Positions 28,552 through 37,748 of a DNA stretch of 64,000 nucleotides are shown here, piece after piece (positions within the stretch are counted from its first letter, which is position 1; every line of letters begins with the position of its first letter). Under the pieces are notes generated by a model, which did no database searches, was not told where the DNA came from, and saw only the letters and a program-made list of their open reading frames with translations. The DNA is taken from NCBI GenBank assembly GCA_964427405.1, contig CAYRUB010000003.1, positions 64,946 through 128,945 of the forward strand. The letters run 5' to 3'. The translations under genes and the position numbers were made by a program. The stretch is from an uncultured Planctomycetales bacterium. GTDB lineage: Bacteria > Omnitrophota > Gorgyraeia > Gygaellales > Profunditerraquicolaceae.

Positions 28552-29629
28552 TAGCTATCTCCTGACAAGCAGCTGGTTTAGCTGCCTGGATGACATTCTT
28601 CTTTAAATTCTGGAGTTTCTGCGGATTATTCTTTAGATCAACAATCAACTCTTTAATCTGCTTAATATTCTCCGGGGCGCATCCTACTCCGTAACCGGCT
28701 AAAATCCTGATATTCTCCTGCTCCTGCCCCGGTATCGCAGATATAAAAATAGGAAATAATCCCATATTCATAAATTCCGCGATGCTTAAGCCTCCGGGCT
28801 TGGTAATTATAACATCAGAAACCCCCATAAGCTCTTGCGCGTTATTCACAAATCCAAAAACTTTCACATTCTCTAAGTTCCGTTTTTGCAGGCGGATGAA
28901 AAGCCTTTTATTTTTCGCGCAAACTACCAGCACCTGTGCCTGACTACAAAGACCTTCGGCAATTTCCTCAAGCGGCCCGGAACCGAACGAACCGGTCATA
29001 ATCAGCACCGTAAATTTATTTCCATCTATTCCAAATTTTTCCGCCAACTGAGCTCTATTTTGAGTTTTAGTAAAACTAGGGTTAAACGGAATACCGGAAG
29101 CTTGAATCTTTTCTCCGGCTATCCCCATATTTAATAATTTATCTCTGGTTAATCCTGAAGCAACGATATAAAGATCAGTGCCGTTTGAAACCCAAAACGG
29201 ATGCACCCCGAAGTCTGTAATTACCGTAACCAGCTTTGCTTGGATTTTATTTCTTAGTTTTAAATTTGCGGACAACTCTGAATTAAGAAAATGCGTGGAG
29301 ATAATAAAATCAAACTTTTCTTTAATTAAATAGCCAACGAATTTGTGACAACCAAGATAATTTGCGATTAAAGCGCTTTTACGGCTAAGCCAACGAGTCA
29401 GCGGGTTTTCGGTCATCCAGAAAAAAAATCCCCAAAGCCAGGTGGCATAATGCACTAAAAACGGATACCCGGAATTGTAGCAAAAACGAAAAAAAGGATT
29501 GGCAAAGGGGAGGATATCGACTAACTCAAGTGTCAGGTCCTTACGGTTGTTTTTTAAATAATCATATATCGCCTCAGCCGCCCTGCGATGCCCGGCCCCT
29601 GCTGAAGCATAAGTAATCAATACTTTCAT
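28538..29629 (-). CDS. MGDG-synthase/UgtP-like diacylglycerol glycosyltransferase (GT28 family)
   Basis: 363 aa. N-terminus MKVLITYASAGAGHRRAAEAI is typical of the MGDG synthase / processive DAG glucosyltransferase family. It has a C-terminal GT-B domain. Confidence 0.7.
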   Translation of the reverse strand: MKVLITYASAGAGHRRAAEAIYDYLKNNRKDLTLELVDILPFANPFFRFCYNSGYPFLVHYATWLWGFFFWMTENPLTRWLSRKSALIANYLGCHKFVGYLIKEKFDFIISTHFLNSELSANLKLRNKIQAKLVTVITDFGVHPFWVSNGTDLYIVASGLTRDKLLNMGIAGEKIQASGIPFNPSFTKTQNRAQLAEKFGIDGNKFTVLIMTGSFGSGPLEEIAEGLCSQAQVLVVCAKNKRLFIRLQKRNLENVKVFGFVNNAQELMGVSDVIITKPGGLSIAEFMNMGLFPIFISAIPGQEQENIRILAGYGVGCAPENIKQIKELIVDLKNNPQKLQNLKKNVIQAAKPAACQEIASVIC

Positions 29630-30162
29630 ATTAAAAATTTAGCAGCCGCGAAGAGATCCTTAAACACAAAATCCGGCTTTACTTCCCAATTCTTTTGATT
29701 AGACAATTTCTCTTTGCCGGAAAAAATGAGAATGGATTTAGCGCCCACGGCATAAGCAGTCAGTACATCGCGTATAGTATCACCCACAAAATATGATTTC
29801 CTCAAGTTAATCTTGAATTCCCGGCCGGCTTTCTTGAGCAAACCAGGCTTGGGCTTGCGGCAGCTGCAACCTGCCTCTTTACGATGCGTGCAATAATAGA
29901 CCTTGGCGATTTTTCCGCCTGCCCGTTCAATATCACAAAGCATCTTGGCAGTTATGCTATCTAATGTTTTCTGAGCATAAGTTCCCTTGCCCACTCCGGC
30001 CTGGTTGGATGCCACAAATATCTTAAAACCCGCCTTACTCAACAAAGCAATTGCTTTTTTTGCATGGGGCAAAAACCTAAACTTCTTAAGCGAAGTTACA
30101 TACAATCTATCGCCGGGATATTTGTTTATAACGCCGTCTCTATCTAAAAATACCGCTTTCAT
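29626..30162 (-). CDS. gmhB: D-glycero-D-manno-heptose 1,7-bisphosphate phosphatase (HAD-IIIA)
   Basis: 178 aa with FLDRDGVIN (HAD motif I) and a Zn-binding CxH...CxC with CRKPKPG, a GmhB signature. Confidence 0.8.
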   Translation of the reverse strand: MKAVFLDRDGVINKYPGDRLYVTSLKKFRFLPHAKKAIALLSKAGFKIFVASNQAGVGKGTYAQKTLDSITAKMLCDIERAGGKIAKVYYCTHRKEAGCSCRKPKPGLLKKAGREFKINLRKSYFVGDTIRDVLTAYAVGAKSILIFSGKEKLSNQKNWEVKPDFVFKDLFAAAKFLI

Positions 30163-30926
30163 GTCTTCTTATTTTTCATCTCCCAATATTTCGCGTACGT
30201 CATTAACTGATACGCGCTGGAAGCAAGTGCCATCATAAACCCGATATATCCGTCCTTTTTACCTTTCTTTATATAATAAAACTTAATATACCGGGTAATC
30301 GCCTTAAACATACAAAAACCAAAACTCATCTTCCTCTTATCCCTAAACCATTTCTTTGCCTCAAAATCAGTCTGGTGGTTAAGCTTAGAAAAGAGATTCT
30401 TAAAATCTTTGTAGGCATAGTGGATTATATCCGATTTCAAAGTATAAGTCGGGCCATTTAAAAACGCCCGGGGATGATACTCCGCCTCTTCTTCGTAATG
30501 GAATTCTTTCCTGGCATACATCTTAAGCTTAGCGTTAGGATACCAACCTCCGTATTTAATCCAATAATCCCCTATAAAATTTCTATGCGGTATATTATAT
30601 CCGGGGAATTTCGGCCCCTCTTTAAATATTTTAATAATCTCATCCCTCAATTCAGGCGTAACCCGCTCATCAGAATCAAGGCTCAAAATATAATCATATT
30701 TGGCTAAAGAATAAGCATAATTCCTATGGGCGCCCTCTTTTTCCCATTTCTTAATATGAATCTTATCCGTATATTTCTTGACAATCTCCAGCGTATTATC
30801 CGAGCTCATGTCATCAACAATTACAATTTCACCCGCCCAATCACAAACACTCTTTAAACAATCCTCGATAATCGCTGCGCTGTTCTTGGTCAAGGTTACT
30901 ACCGTTAAATTAATCTTATCCATCAA
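30159..30926 (-). CDS. Glycosyltransferase family 2
   Basis: 255 aa GT-A fold with DxD (LSLDSDE). Confidence 0.8.
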   Translation of the reverse strand: MMDKINLTVVTLTKNSAAIIEDCLKSVCDWAGEIVIVDDMSSDNTLEIVKKYTDKIHIKKWEKEGAHRNYAYSLAKYDYILSLDSDERVTPELRDEIIKIFKEGPKFPGYNIPHRNFIGDYWIKYGGWYPNAKLKMYARKEFHYEEEAEYHPRAFLNGPTYTLKSDIIHYAYKDFKNLFSKLNHQTDFEAKKWFRDKRKMSFGFCMFKAITRYIKFYYIKKGKKDGYIGFMMALASSAYQLMTYAKYWEMKNKKT

Positions 30927-30951
30927 TATTCTCCTTTAGCGCTATCCCTAT

Positions 30952-32070
30952 TTATTTACTAACCCTGCTTCGAACCTGGTCAATAATATAATCCTTTTCT
31001 TCCTGCGTAATTTCCGGATCTATCGGCAAAGTGAATATCTGTCTTGCCGCCGATTCCGCCTCCGGAAAATCCCCTCTCTTATACCCTAGATACTTAAAAC
31101 ATTTCTGCAAATGCAGCGGCACCGGATAGAACACCCGCGAGTCAATACCCTTCTCATGCAGATACTCCATAAATCCCTTATTGGAAGCCGATGTGCGTAA
31201 AGTATACTGATGATAAATATGCGTGGTATAACTGGGCACAAACGGAGTCTTTATTCCCAAACCCGCCAGTTTCTCATTATAGTAGCGAGCGACATCCTGC
31301 CTTTTCTTGTTCCATCCATCCAGATATTTAAGCTTAACATCCAAAACAACCGCCTGAATTGTATCCAGGCGGTTGTTGCGGCCCAAAACCATATGATAAT
31401 ATTTATTCTTATTTCCCTGATTACGCAAAATATTCAGCTTCTCAAACAAGGCTTTATTATTTGTCAAAATCAACCCGGCATCGCCGAAAGCCCCCAGGTT
31501 TTTGCCCGGATAAAAACTTACCGCCCCGCAATCGCCCAGAGTTCCGGCTTTCTTACCACGGTACTCGGCGCCAAACGCCTGCGCAGTATCCTCAACTACT
31601 TTTATTTTAAATTTAGCCGCCAGCTTCAATATTCCATCCATATCCGCGCACTGGCCATAAAGATGCACAGGGATAATCGCCTTAATTTTTAATTTATTCT
31701 TCTTAGACAATATCTTCTCAACACCCGTAAGCGAAATATTATAAGTATCACGGTCAATATCCGCGAATACCGGATGCGCCCCGATACTTGCCACCGCCCC
31801 TGCCGTAGCATAATAGGTAAACGTAGGACAAATCACCCCGTCTCCGGGTTCAACCCCCAAAGCAAGCAAGGCCAATGCTATAGCGTCAGTCCCATTTGAA
31901 ACCCCGACCGCGTATTTTGCCCCGGAATACTCCACAACATCCTGCTCAAACTTATCAACACCGGATCCCAATACAAAACTGGTATTATCAATTACCTCTT
32001 TTATCGCCGCATCTATTTCCTGCCGTATCGGCGCAATTTGTTTCTTCAAATCCAATGCCGCTATTTTCAT
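30952..32070 (-). CDS. DegT/DnrJ/EryC1/StrS family PLP-dependent sugar aminotransferase
   Basis: 372 aa with the family's PLP-lysine region (FSFYPGKNLG). Confidence 0.85.
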   Translation of the reverse strand: MKIAALDLKKQIAPIRQEIDAAIKEVIDNTSFVLGSGVDKFEQDVVEYSGAKYAVGVSNGTDAIALALLALGVEPGDGVICPTFTYYATAGAVASIGAHPVFADIDRDTYNISLTGVEKILSKKNKLKIKAIIPVHLYGQCADMDGILKLAAKFKIKVVEDTAQAFGAEYRGKKAGTLGDCGAVSFYPGKNLGAFGDAGLILTNNKALFEKLNILRNQGNKNKYYHMVLGRNNRLDTIQAVVLDVKLKYLDGWNKKRQDVARYYNEKLAGLGIKTPFVPSYTTHIYHQYTLRTSASNKGFMEYLHEKGIDSRVFYPVPLHLQKCFKYLGYKRGDFPEAESAARQIFTLPIDPEITQEEKDYIIDQVRSRVSK

Positions 32071-32080
32071 AATCTTACCT

Positions 32081-33211
32081 CTATTTTAACAACCTCCCCA
32101 CCGCTTCAAATACCGCATCAACGCTAATCTGTTTTAAACACTCTTTATCTTTATCGCAAACCGGCAGCCTGAAATTCTTATAACACGGCCGGCAAGCCAT
32201 ATCCCATTTCAAAACTATATGCGTCCACTTCCCGGGATACGGCCCATATACCGTCTCGCTCACCGGGCCAAAAATTGAAACTGATCTAACCCCCAACGCC
32301 ACTGCCATATGCATCGGCCCGCCGTCATTAGTAATAAGCAAGTTGCAATTCTTGATTACCCCCGGCAAAATATCCAATCCCGTCTTACCCGTCAAATCTA
32401 TCGGCTTATTGCGCATCGCATGAACCATTACTTCGGCGATCTTGCGCTCTGACTCATCACCCAAAATTACCACCTTGGCGCCAAATTTATCTATCAGCTT
32501 ATTCGCTAACTGGGCAAACTTTAATGCCGGCCAGTGCTTGTAAGAGGCATCCTTACCCCAACTGCCTCCAGCTCCGGGGGCAATACCAATAACCAAATCC
32601 TTCTCTTCAATTCCCGCTGCCGCAAGCAAATTTCTTGCCCTCGTTTCACTTTCCGAAGAAACAGCCAGAAGCATCTCTTTATTATTAACTGAAATATCTA
32701 AGAATTTGAGCAGCTCTAAATAATACTCCACCACATGCTTATCATGGTAACCATCTATGTCCAGGCGGCTAGTCAGGAATCTTCCCCTACCCTTATAATT
32801 AAATCCAATACGCCTGCCTATCCCCATTATTTTTGCAAATAGACTATAACGGTGATCGAGAGAGAAATCAAGACAAATATCAAAACGCTCTTTTTTTATT
32901 TGCCAGGTTAATTTAATCGCGCTCCAAACACCCTTAAAGAATGACTCCTCGTAAATCTTCTTAAGGTCACCGCGCGAAAGAGCAAAAACTTTATTTATCT
33001 GAGGGTTACTCTCCAAAATTGGTTTAACCCGCAAATTCGACCAGTAACCAATAAAACTCGTTGGATAACGCCCCTTAATCGCCTTTATAACCTGTGTGGT
33101 AAATAAAACATCCCCTATCCCAAATGGATTAACAATCAGGAATTTAGGGTCGGATCGGCTTACCCTACCTGCATTCTTTAATAAAATCGTCTTCAAATCT
33201 TTCAATATCAT
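32081..33211 (-). CDS. Glycosyltransferase family 9 (LPS heptosyltransferase-like)
   Basis: GT9 fold. Start set to the ATG at 33211 (MILKDL); the longer track ORF overlaps manC. Confidence 0.75.
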   Translation of the reverse strand: MILKDLKTILLKNAGRVSRSDPKFLIVNPFGIGDVLFTTQVIKAIKGRYPTSFIGYWSNLRVKPILESNPQINKVFALSRGDLKKIYEESFFKGVWSAIKLTWQIKKERFDICLDFSLDHRYSLFAKIMGIGRRIGFNYKGRGRFLTSRLDIDGYHDKHVVEYYLELLKFLDISVNNKEMLLAVSSESETRARNLLAAAGIEEKDLVIGIAPGAGGSWGKDASYKHWPALKFAQLANKLIDKFGAKVVILGDESERKIAEVMVHAMRNKPIDLTGKTGLDILPGVIKNCNLLITNDGGPMHMAVALGVRSVSIFGPVSETVYGPYPGKWTHIVLKWDMACRPCYKNFRLPVCDKDKECLKQISVDAVFEAVGRLLK

Positions 33212-34556
33212 CTTCCTCCAGATACGCGCCTGTCTGCACCTCAACAATTTTTAGTGGCGCACGCAAAGGGTTTTCCAAACGATGTTTTCTGGCCTTAGGT
33301 ATATACACACTCTCGTTACTGCGTACAAATGAAACCTTTCCCACACTGGTAACCTTTGCCATGCCGGAAACCACCACCCAATGCTCAGCCCTGCTTTTAT
33401 GCCTTTGTAAACTAAGGCGTTTTTTGGACGTAATCTCAATAAGCTTTATCTTAAAACCTGGGCCTTCCTGTAAAACAGTAAAAGAACCCCAAGGCCTGCG
33501 TTCAGTCAAATGCACCTGATGCTCTTTACGCTTAAGCGTCTTTAGCCTTTCAACCAACTGCTTCACATCCTGAGTCCTATTCCTATCGCAAACCAGTAAG
33601 GCATCCGGGGTATCCGCGATAACCATATTATTAACACCAATCGTCGAAACCAGCCTGTTGCCTCTGGCAAATACGCATACGCCATGACTATCAACATTCA
33701 AGGTATCACTATTAGTGATATTACCCTTTTTATCTTTCGGAAAAATCTCCGCAAGCGCATCCCAACTGCCTAAATCCGTCCAGTAAAAATCGGCGGGGAT
33801 GAGCGCAATCCTGCGGGAGTGCTCCATAATCCCGTAATCAATAGAAATCGCCTCAATCCTCGGCCAGATTTTAGGAATATCTTTTACCGAATTAATCAAC
33901 CGCAGATTAGCGTACAGTTTAGGCAAATATTTTTTTGTCTCATCCAGAAACACCGAAGCCTTCCAAACAAACATCCCGCTATTCCAAAAAAATTTCTTAT
34001 CCTTAAAATATTTCTTTGCCTTACTTAAATCCGGTTTCTCCAGAAATTTCTCAACTACGCTATGCCCATTTTTCTTACCGCCAACTTTTATATACCCATA
34101 CCCCGTAGACGCAGCGCTCGGCTTAATCCCTATTGTAACCAAAAGATCTCTCCTAGCGCAGGCAATTGCTTTTTTAATCGTTTTCTTAAAATTCTCTATA
34201 TTTTTAATATAATGATCCGAAGGCAAAACCAGGAGCACCGCATCATTATCTATTCGGCTGATTAACTTCGCGCAAAGCCCAACCGCAGGAGCGGTATTCT
34301 TACCTTGCGGTTCCAGGATTATATTCGCGTCAGGAATGCCAAATTTAGCAACCTGCGCCTTTACTTCATAGAAATAAATATTATTCGTGACAATATAAGT
34401 ATGCCGCGCATCCACCACGCCTTTTAAACGCCGGATAGTTGCCTGCAAGAGGCTTGCCTGTCCGATAATCTTCATAAACTGCTTTGGTTCAAGCTCGCGC
34501 GAAAACGGCCAAAACCTGCTTCCCACTCCCCCGGCTAAAATAACCGCATAATTCAT
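33165..34556 (-). CDS. manC: Mannose-1-phosphate guanylyltransferase / mannose-6-phosphate isomerase (bifunctional, cupin C-terminus)
   Basis: 463 aa with an N-terminal nucleotidyltransferase (AVILAGGVGSRFWP) and a C-terminal cupin. Confidence 0.85.
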   Translation of the reverse strand: MNYAVILAGGVGSRFWPFSRELEPKQFMKIIGQASLLQATIRRLKGVVDARHTYIVTNNIYFYEVKAQVAKFGIPDANIILEPQGKNTAPAVGLCAKLISRIDNDAVLLVLPSDHYIKNIENFKKTIKKAIACARRDLLVTIGIKPSAASTGYGYIKVGGKKNGHSVVEKFLEKPDLSKAKKYFKDKKFFWNSGMFVWKASVFLDETKKYLPKLYANLRLINSVKDIPKIWPRIEAISIDYGIMEHSRRIALIPADFYWTDLGSWDALAEIFPKDKKGNITNSDTLNVDSHGVCVFARGNRLVSTIGVNNMVIADTPDALLVCDRNRTQDVKQLVERLKTLKRKEHQVHLTERRPWGSFTVLQEGPGFKIKLIEITSKKRLSLQRHKSRAEHWVVVSGMAKVTSVGKVSFVRSNESVYIPKARKHRLENPLRAPLKIVEVQTGAYLEEDDIERFEDDFIKECR

Positions 34557-34569
34557 CTGCGCCGCTCCC

Positions 34570-35295
34570 CTACTTAACCGCTTTTATAATTAAATGCCTG
34601 CCAAACAGTATTTCCTTTGAAGACAGGATTTTATGTATTCTCCTGTAATCTATATTACCACCTTTTTTCACTGTCCGCCTTTCTTTTTGCCAGGCCAGAA
34701 GCTTGATCATCGGCAATAAATACCATAAACCATAACCTTCGTAATTACTCGCAAATATTTTCTCAACCTCAAAACCTGAAGCAGATAATAAAAACTCTAA
34801 TTCCTGGTATCTATACGGAACAATGTGCAAATTAAAAATAACCTCCTTAGGATTTTTTGCCTGATCCAAGGGCGGCTCCCTGAAATACTCATAACAACCT
34901 TCAAACATGAATCTAAGCCTTGATTTTAAGCTAAGGATGTTGGGAGTAGATATGATCAAAGAACCTCCCTTTTTAATAACCCTGTTAATTTCCGAAATAA
35001 CCGTATAAGGATTTCTCAAATGCTCCACAACTTCCATTAATAAAACATAGTCAAAAGTATTATCCTTAAAAGGCATTTCTTTGGTTATATCGCAATGTTT
35101 AAACTCAATCTCATTATTATACTTAAACCTTACTATATCAATATCCCCTGCGATAACATCAAATCCTAAATCTTTTAACCTTCTTGCGTAATCCCCGTCT
35201 CCACAACCAAGGTCCAGGATTTTGCCTTTTGGTAAACCGGAAAAATTACTGATTACTGACTCAAGAAGAAAGTTAACCTTTTTTTTCTTTTTCAC
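34570..35295 (-). CDS. Class I SAM-dependent methyltransferase
   Basis: 241 aa with motif I ILDLGCGDG. Confidence 0.8.
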   Translation of the reverse strand: MKKKKKVNFLLESVISNFSGLPKGKILDLGCGDGDYARRLKDLGFDVIAGDIDIVRFKYNNEIEFKHCDITKEMPFKDNTFDYVLLMEVVEHLRNPYTVISEINRVIKKGGSLIISTPNILSLKSRLRFMFEGCYEYFREPPLDQAKNPKEVIFNLHIVPYRYQELEFLLSASGFEVEKIFASNYEGYGLWYLLPMIKLLAWQKERRTVKKGGNIDYRRIHKILSSKEILFGRHLIIKAVK

Positions 35296-36193
35296 ATTGC
35301 CTCCTTACTGCTTCTAAAACTTCATCCACACTAATATCCTCAAGGCTGCTCTTCTCAATAACTACATGCTCCTCTCCCCGCGGCCCCCAGCGTAGCGCGG
35401 TCTTACCCGGCAAATCATTCCTGAACAACGCTATCACCGGCGTACCCACACTAGCCGCCAAATGCACCGGACCGCTATCGCAAGAAATAAGCAAAGAGCA
35501 ATGCTTCAACAGAGCGGCTAATTCCAGTAAAGAAGTTTTATTAACCATGTTGATAATACCATCTCCTGCATCCAAAACACCTTGCGATAATCCCACCATA
35601 ACAACCCTTAACCCCAACTCACACTTAATTCTCTGCGCTAATCCCCTAAACCTTTCAGGCGGCCACTGCTTAAGCGGATCACTGGTAAATGGATGTACTG
35701 CTACAATTTTCTGGCCGACAAACTCTTTAAAAAGATTATCATTAACCTTAATCTTAAGTGTTTTATTAAGTGTTTTTGCGCCAATCAATCCCACCAACTC
35801 CAAATTACAATCCACCTCGTACCTATCCCCAAAGTGTTTAATATCTTTTAATTTATGCGTCAGTAAGAATCCCCATTTCCTATCATAACCAACGCGCAGC
35901 GGAATCCCTGCCCGAAAAGAAGCCCAGTGCGCCTCTTTAGTAGGATTTAAAACGATGCAGGCGTCAAACTTTTGTTTGCGTAATCCTTTGCGGAATTGTT
36001 CATCCCAAACCACAACCTCATCAACACACTCAATTGCTCCTGCCAATTCATAAACCGCTTGATTTACCGCCAAGCTAAGCTTTGACTGCGGATATGCCTC
36101 TTTCAGCGCGCGCATTGCCGGGATATTCAGCAAAAACTCCCCAAACCGGTCATTACGTATAACTAGTATATTTTTAATCATTTCAGGATTCAT
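35273..36193 (-). CDS. Glycosyltransferase family 9 (heptosyltransferase II-like)
   Basis: GT9 fold. Start set to the ATG at 36193 (MNPEMIKNILVIR); the track start at 36253 is GTG. Confidence 0.75.
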   Translation of the reverse strand: MNPEMIKNILVIRNDRFGEFLLNIPAMRALKEAYPQSKLSLAVNQAVYELAGAIECVDEVVVWDEQFRKGLRKQKFDACIVLNPTKEAHWASFRAGIPLRVGYDRKWGFLLTHKLKDIKHFGDRYEVDCNLELVGLIGAKTLNKTLKIKVNDNLFKEFVGQKIVAVHPFTSDPLKQWPPERFRGLAQRIKCELGLRVVMVGLSQGVLDAGDGIINMVNKTSLLELAALLKHCSLLISCDSGPVHLAASVGTPVIALFRNDLPGKTALRWGPRGEEHVVIEKSSLEDISVDEVLEAVRRQCEKEKKG

Positions 36194-36267
36194 AGACAGT
36201 CTATGTAAGTACAGTAGAAATAAAGGGTTACAAAACAAATACCTAGCGCTCACCTAATTGGTTATTT

Positions 36268-37086
36268 TCAAACCAATCTTTTAACTTTTTTAGATTGCTC
36301 TAAGAAATTATCTCTTGAGACAATAGGCCTTCTTATCCTTTTTTCCAACTGCTTTCTGGCATTACCGGCAATATCTCCTCCGGCTTTGGCATCAGATTTA
36401 AGCTTCGGCACACCCTGCGAATCTTCAGTGCGGTGAATTTCGGTAGTTGACCTTTCTCCAAGCATCGTAAAGATAAGCTCAAAATCGTCCATATGGTCGC
36501 GCAGGTTTTCACGTTTTAACCGTTTTATCTTTTTATATTGGCTAGGGGTAATTCCAAAGGTAGCTTTAGAAATTTCTGCTGTTAAAATTTCGTAATCCTT
36601 TTGCTCTTGCGCCCCGCGCTTCTGCCATTCATCCGTAAGTTCTTCCCGAATGGCAATGCCCCGCATCCGTTTTTCGATCCAGCTATCGGAATATCCCTTA
36701 AGCTTATAGAGCATCCTTGTCCGTTTGGTTGCCAGTTCAGGATCTTCGATCTCTTTAATCCGCTCATAACCAACTTTAGCCATCCATCGCTTAAATGGCT
36801 CGGCTTTAGGCGATGGGATTGATTGAATAATACGAAAGGTGCCTTCCGTATTGGCGCAGTTCAGCTTTTGAGGCCCTCCTGCCGTCTTAATTAAAAGGGG
36901 GGTGGCAATTTGCCCCCACCCTTTGGACAACTCCGGATCTCTCCTACGCATATCTTTTATATACCCATCAGGTTGAACTGAATCCGTAAGCACCGCCACT
37001 ACATCATTAACCACAAACCACCATTCATTATTATGAATGGTTTTGCGCACCTTTTGCCCCTTAAATACTGATATTTTTATTTCCAT
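36268..37086 (-). CDS. Bro-N domain / DinD-like (DNA-damage-inducible protein D family) protein
   Basis: 272 aa. The N-terminus FKGQKVRKTIHNNEWWFVVNDVVAVL is Bro-N-like. The C-terminus ...YKKIKRLKRENLRDHMDDFELIFTMLGERSTTEIHR... matches DinD-family conservation. It has its own RBS AAGGAGAAGGG. Confidence 0.65.
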   Translation of the reverse strand: MEIKISVFKGQKVRKTIHNNEWWFVVNDVVAVLTDSVQPDGYIKDMRRRDPELSKGWGQIATPLLIKTAGGPQKLNCANTEGTFRIIQSIPSPKAEPFKRWMAKVGYERIKEIEDPELATKRTRMLYKLKGYSDSWIEKRMRGIAIREELTDEWQKRGAQEQKDYEILTAEISKATFGITPSQYKKIKRLKRENLRDHMDDFELIFTMLGERSTTEIHRTEDSQGVPKLKSDAKAGGDIAGNARKQLEKRIRRPIVSRDNFLEQSKKVKRLV

Positions 37087-37239
37087 ATCGCCCTTCTCCT
37101 TTCTCGCGTTATTATTACTTACTCTCTACTGTAATTGACGCAAGAAAAGACAAAATCTAACAAATAATCTTTTAATCTAAAATATTTGTTCTATATCTCT
37201 CTACATTCCAAGACTTTAGCTACACTGTCTATAGGACCT

Positions 37240-37398
37240 TTAAAAAAGCGTATAAATAAACGGGGCTACCGCGCTACTTTGAGTAAAAAATATCAATAAT
37301 CCCAGCAAAATAAGTATAACTAATATCGGAGTCAGCCACCATTTCTTTCTTAAACGTAAGAAATCCCATAATTCTTTTAAAATCCCCAACTTACCCAT
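37240..37398 (-). CDS. Small membrane protein, DUF5989/SxtK-like; not in the supplied ORF track
   Basis: Manual translation gives a 52-aa product, MGKLGILKELWDFLRLRKKWWLTPILVILILLGLLIFFTQSSAVAPFIYTLF, with a perfect SD AAGGAGGAATAA before the ATG. The family typically follows carbamoyltransferase plus SxtJ-like genes. Confidence 0.55.
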   Translation of the reverse strand: MGKLGILKELWDFLRLRKKWWLTPILVILILLGLLIFFTQSSAVAPFIYTLF

Positions 37399-37499
37399 TT
37401 ATTCCTCCTTGTCCAGAAGGGACACACCCGCGCAATTGCGCTACATAGCGCACACCGACGCAATACATATTAGCGTCGGGTGATTGTCAACGCGGGGTG
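37399..37499 (-). promoter_or_regulatory. Highly structured intergenic leader upstream of the DUF5989-like ORF
   Basis: Contains nested palindromes GCGCAATTGCGC (37430..37441) and GCGCTACATAGCGC, the hairpin CCGACGC-N11-GCGTCGG, and TTGACA. It also carries the 27-nt motif shared with 7045..7071. Confidence 0.3.
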
Positions 37500-37748
37500 T
37501 TAAAATTGCCTCTCATAAGACGCTACTCCAAATTCATTCTTATCTTTTTTTCTCCAATATGATTTCCCTTCTTTACTGATTTCTTCCTCTAACAAATCCT
37601 TACGCAGTAATTTTAAAATACATCCGATTGGCGTAAAAACAAAATAGAATATTAAAAATAATAATAATCTGGTGTTGACCCAGGATAAAACATACGCTAA
37701 TTTCATCCAACAAATGTATAAATGTTTAAATATGGAGGCAATTTTCAT
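37500..37748 (-). CDS. SxtJ-like small membrane protein
   Basis: 82 aa with a hydrophobic N-half, ending ...SYWRKKDKNEFGVASYERQF. It is translationally coupled to the carbamoyltransferase (ATGA overlap). Confidence 0.45.
   Translation of the reverse strand: MKIASIFKHLYICWMKLAYVLSWVNTRLLLFLIFYFVFTPIGCILKLLRKDLLEEEISKEGKSYWRKKDKNEFGVASYERQF

Noticed and set aside
31210-31692. 160-aa plus-strand ORF, along with many other 60-140 aa plus-strand ORFs in the track (e.g. 50185..50601, 5956..6342, 15759..16178)
   Set aside because: They lie entirely antisense within well-supported minus-strand genes, have low-complexity or implausible composition, and have no RBS. They are typical shadow ORFs.
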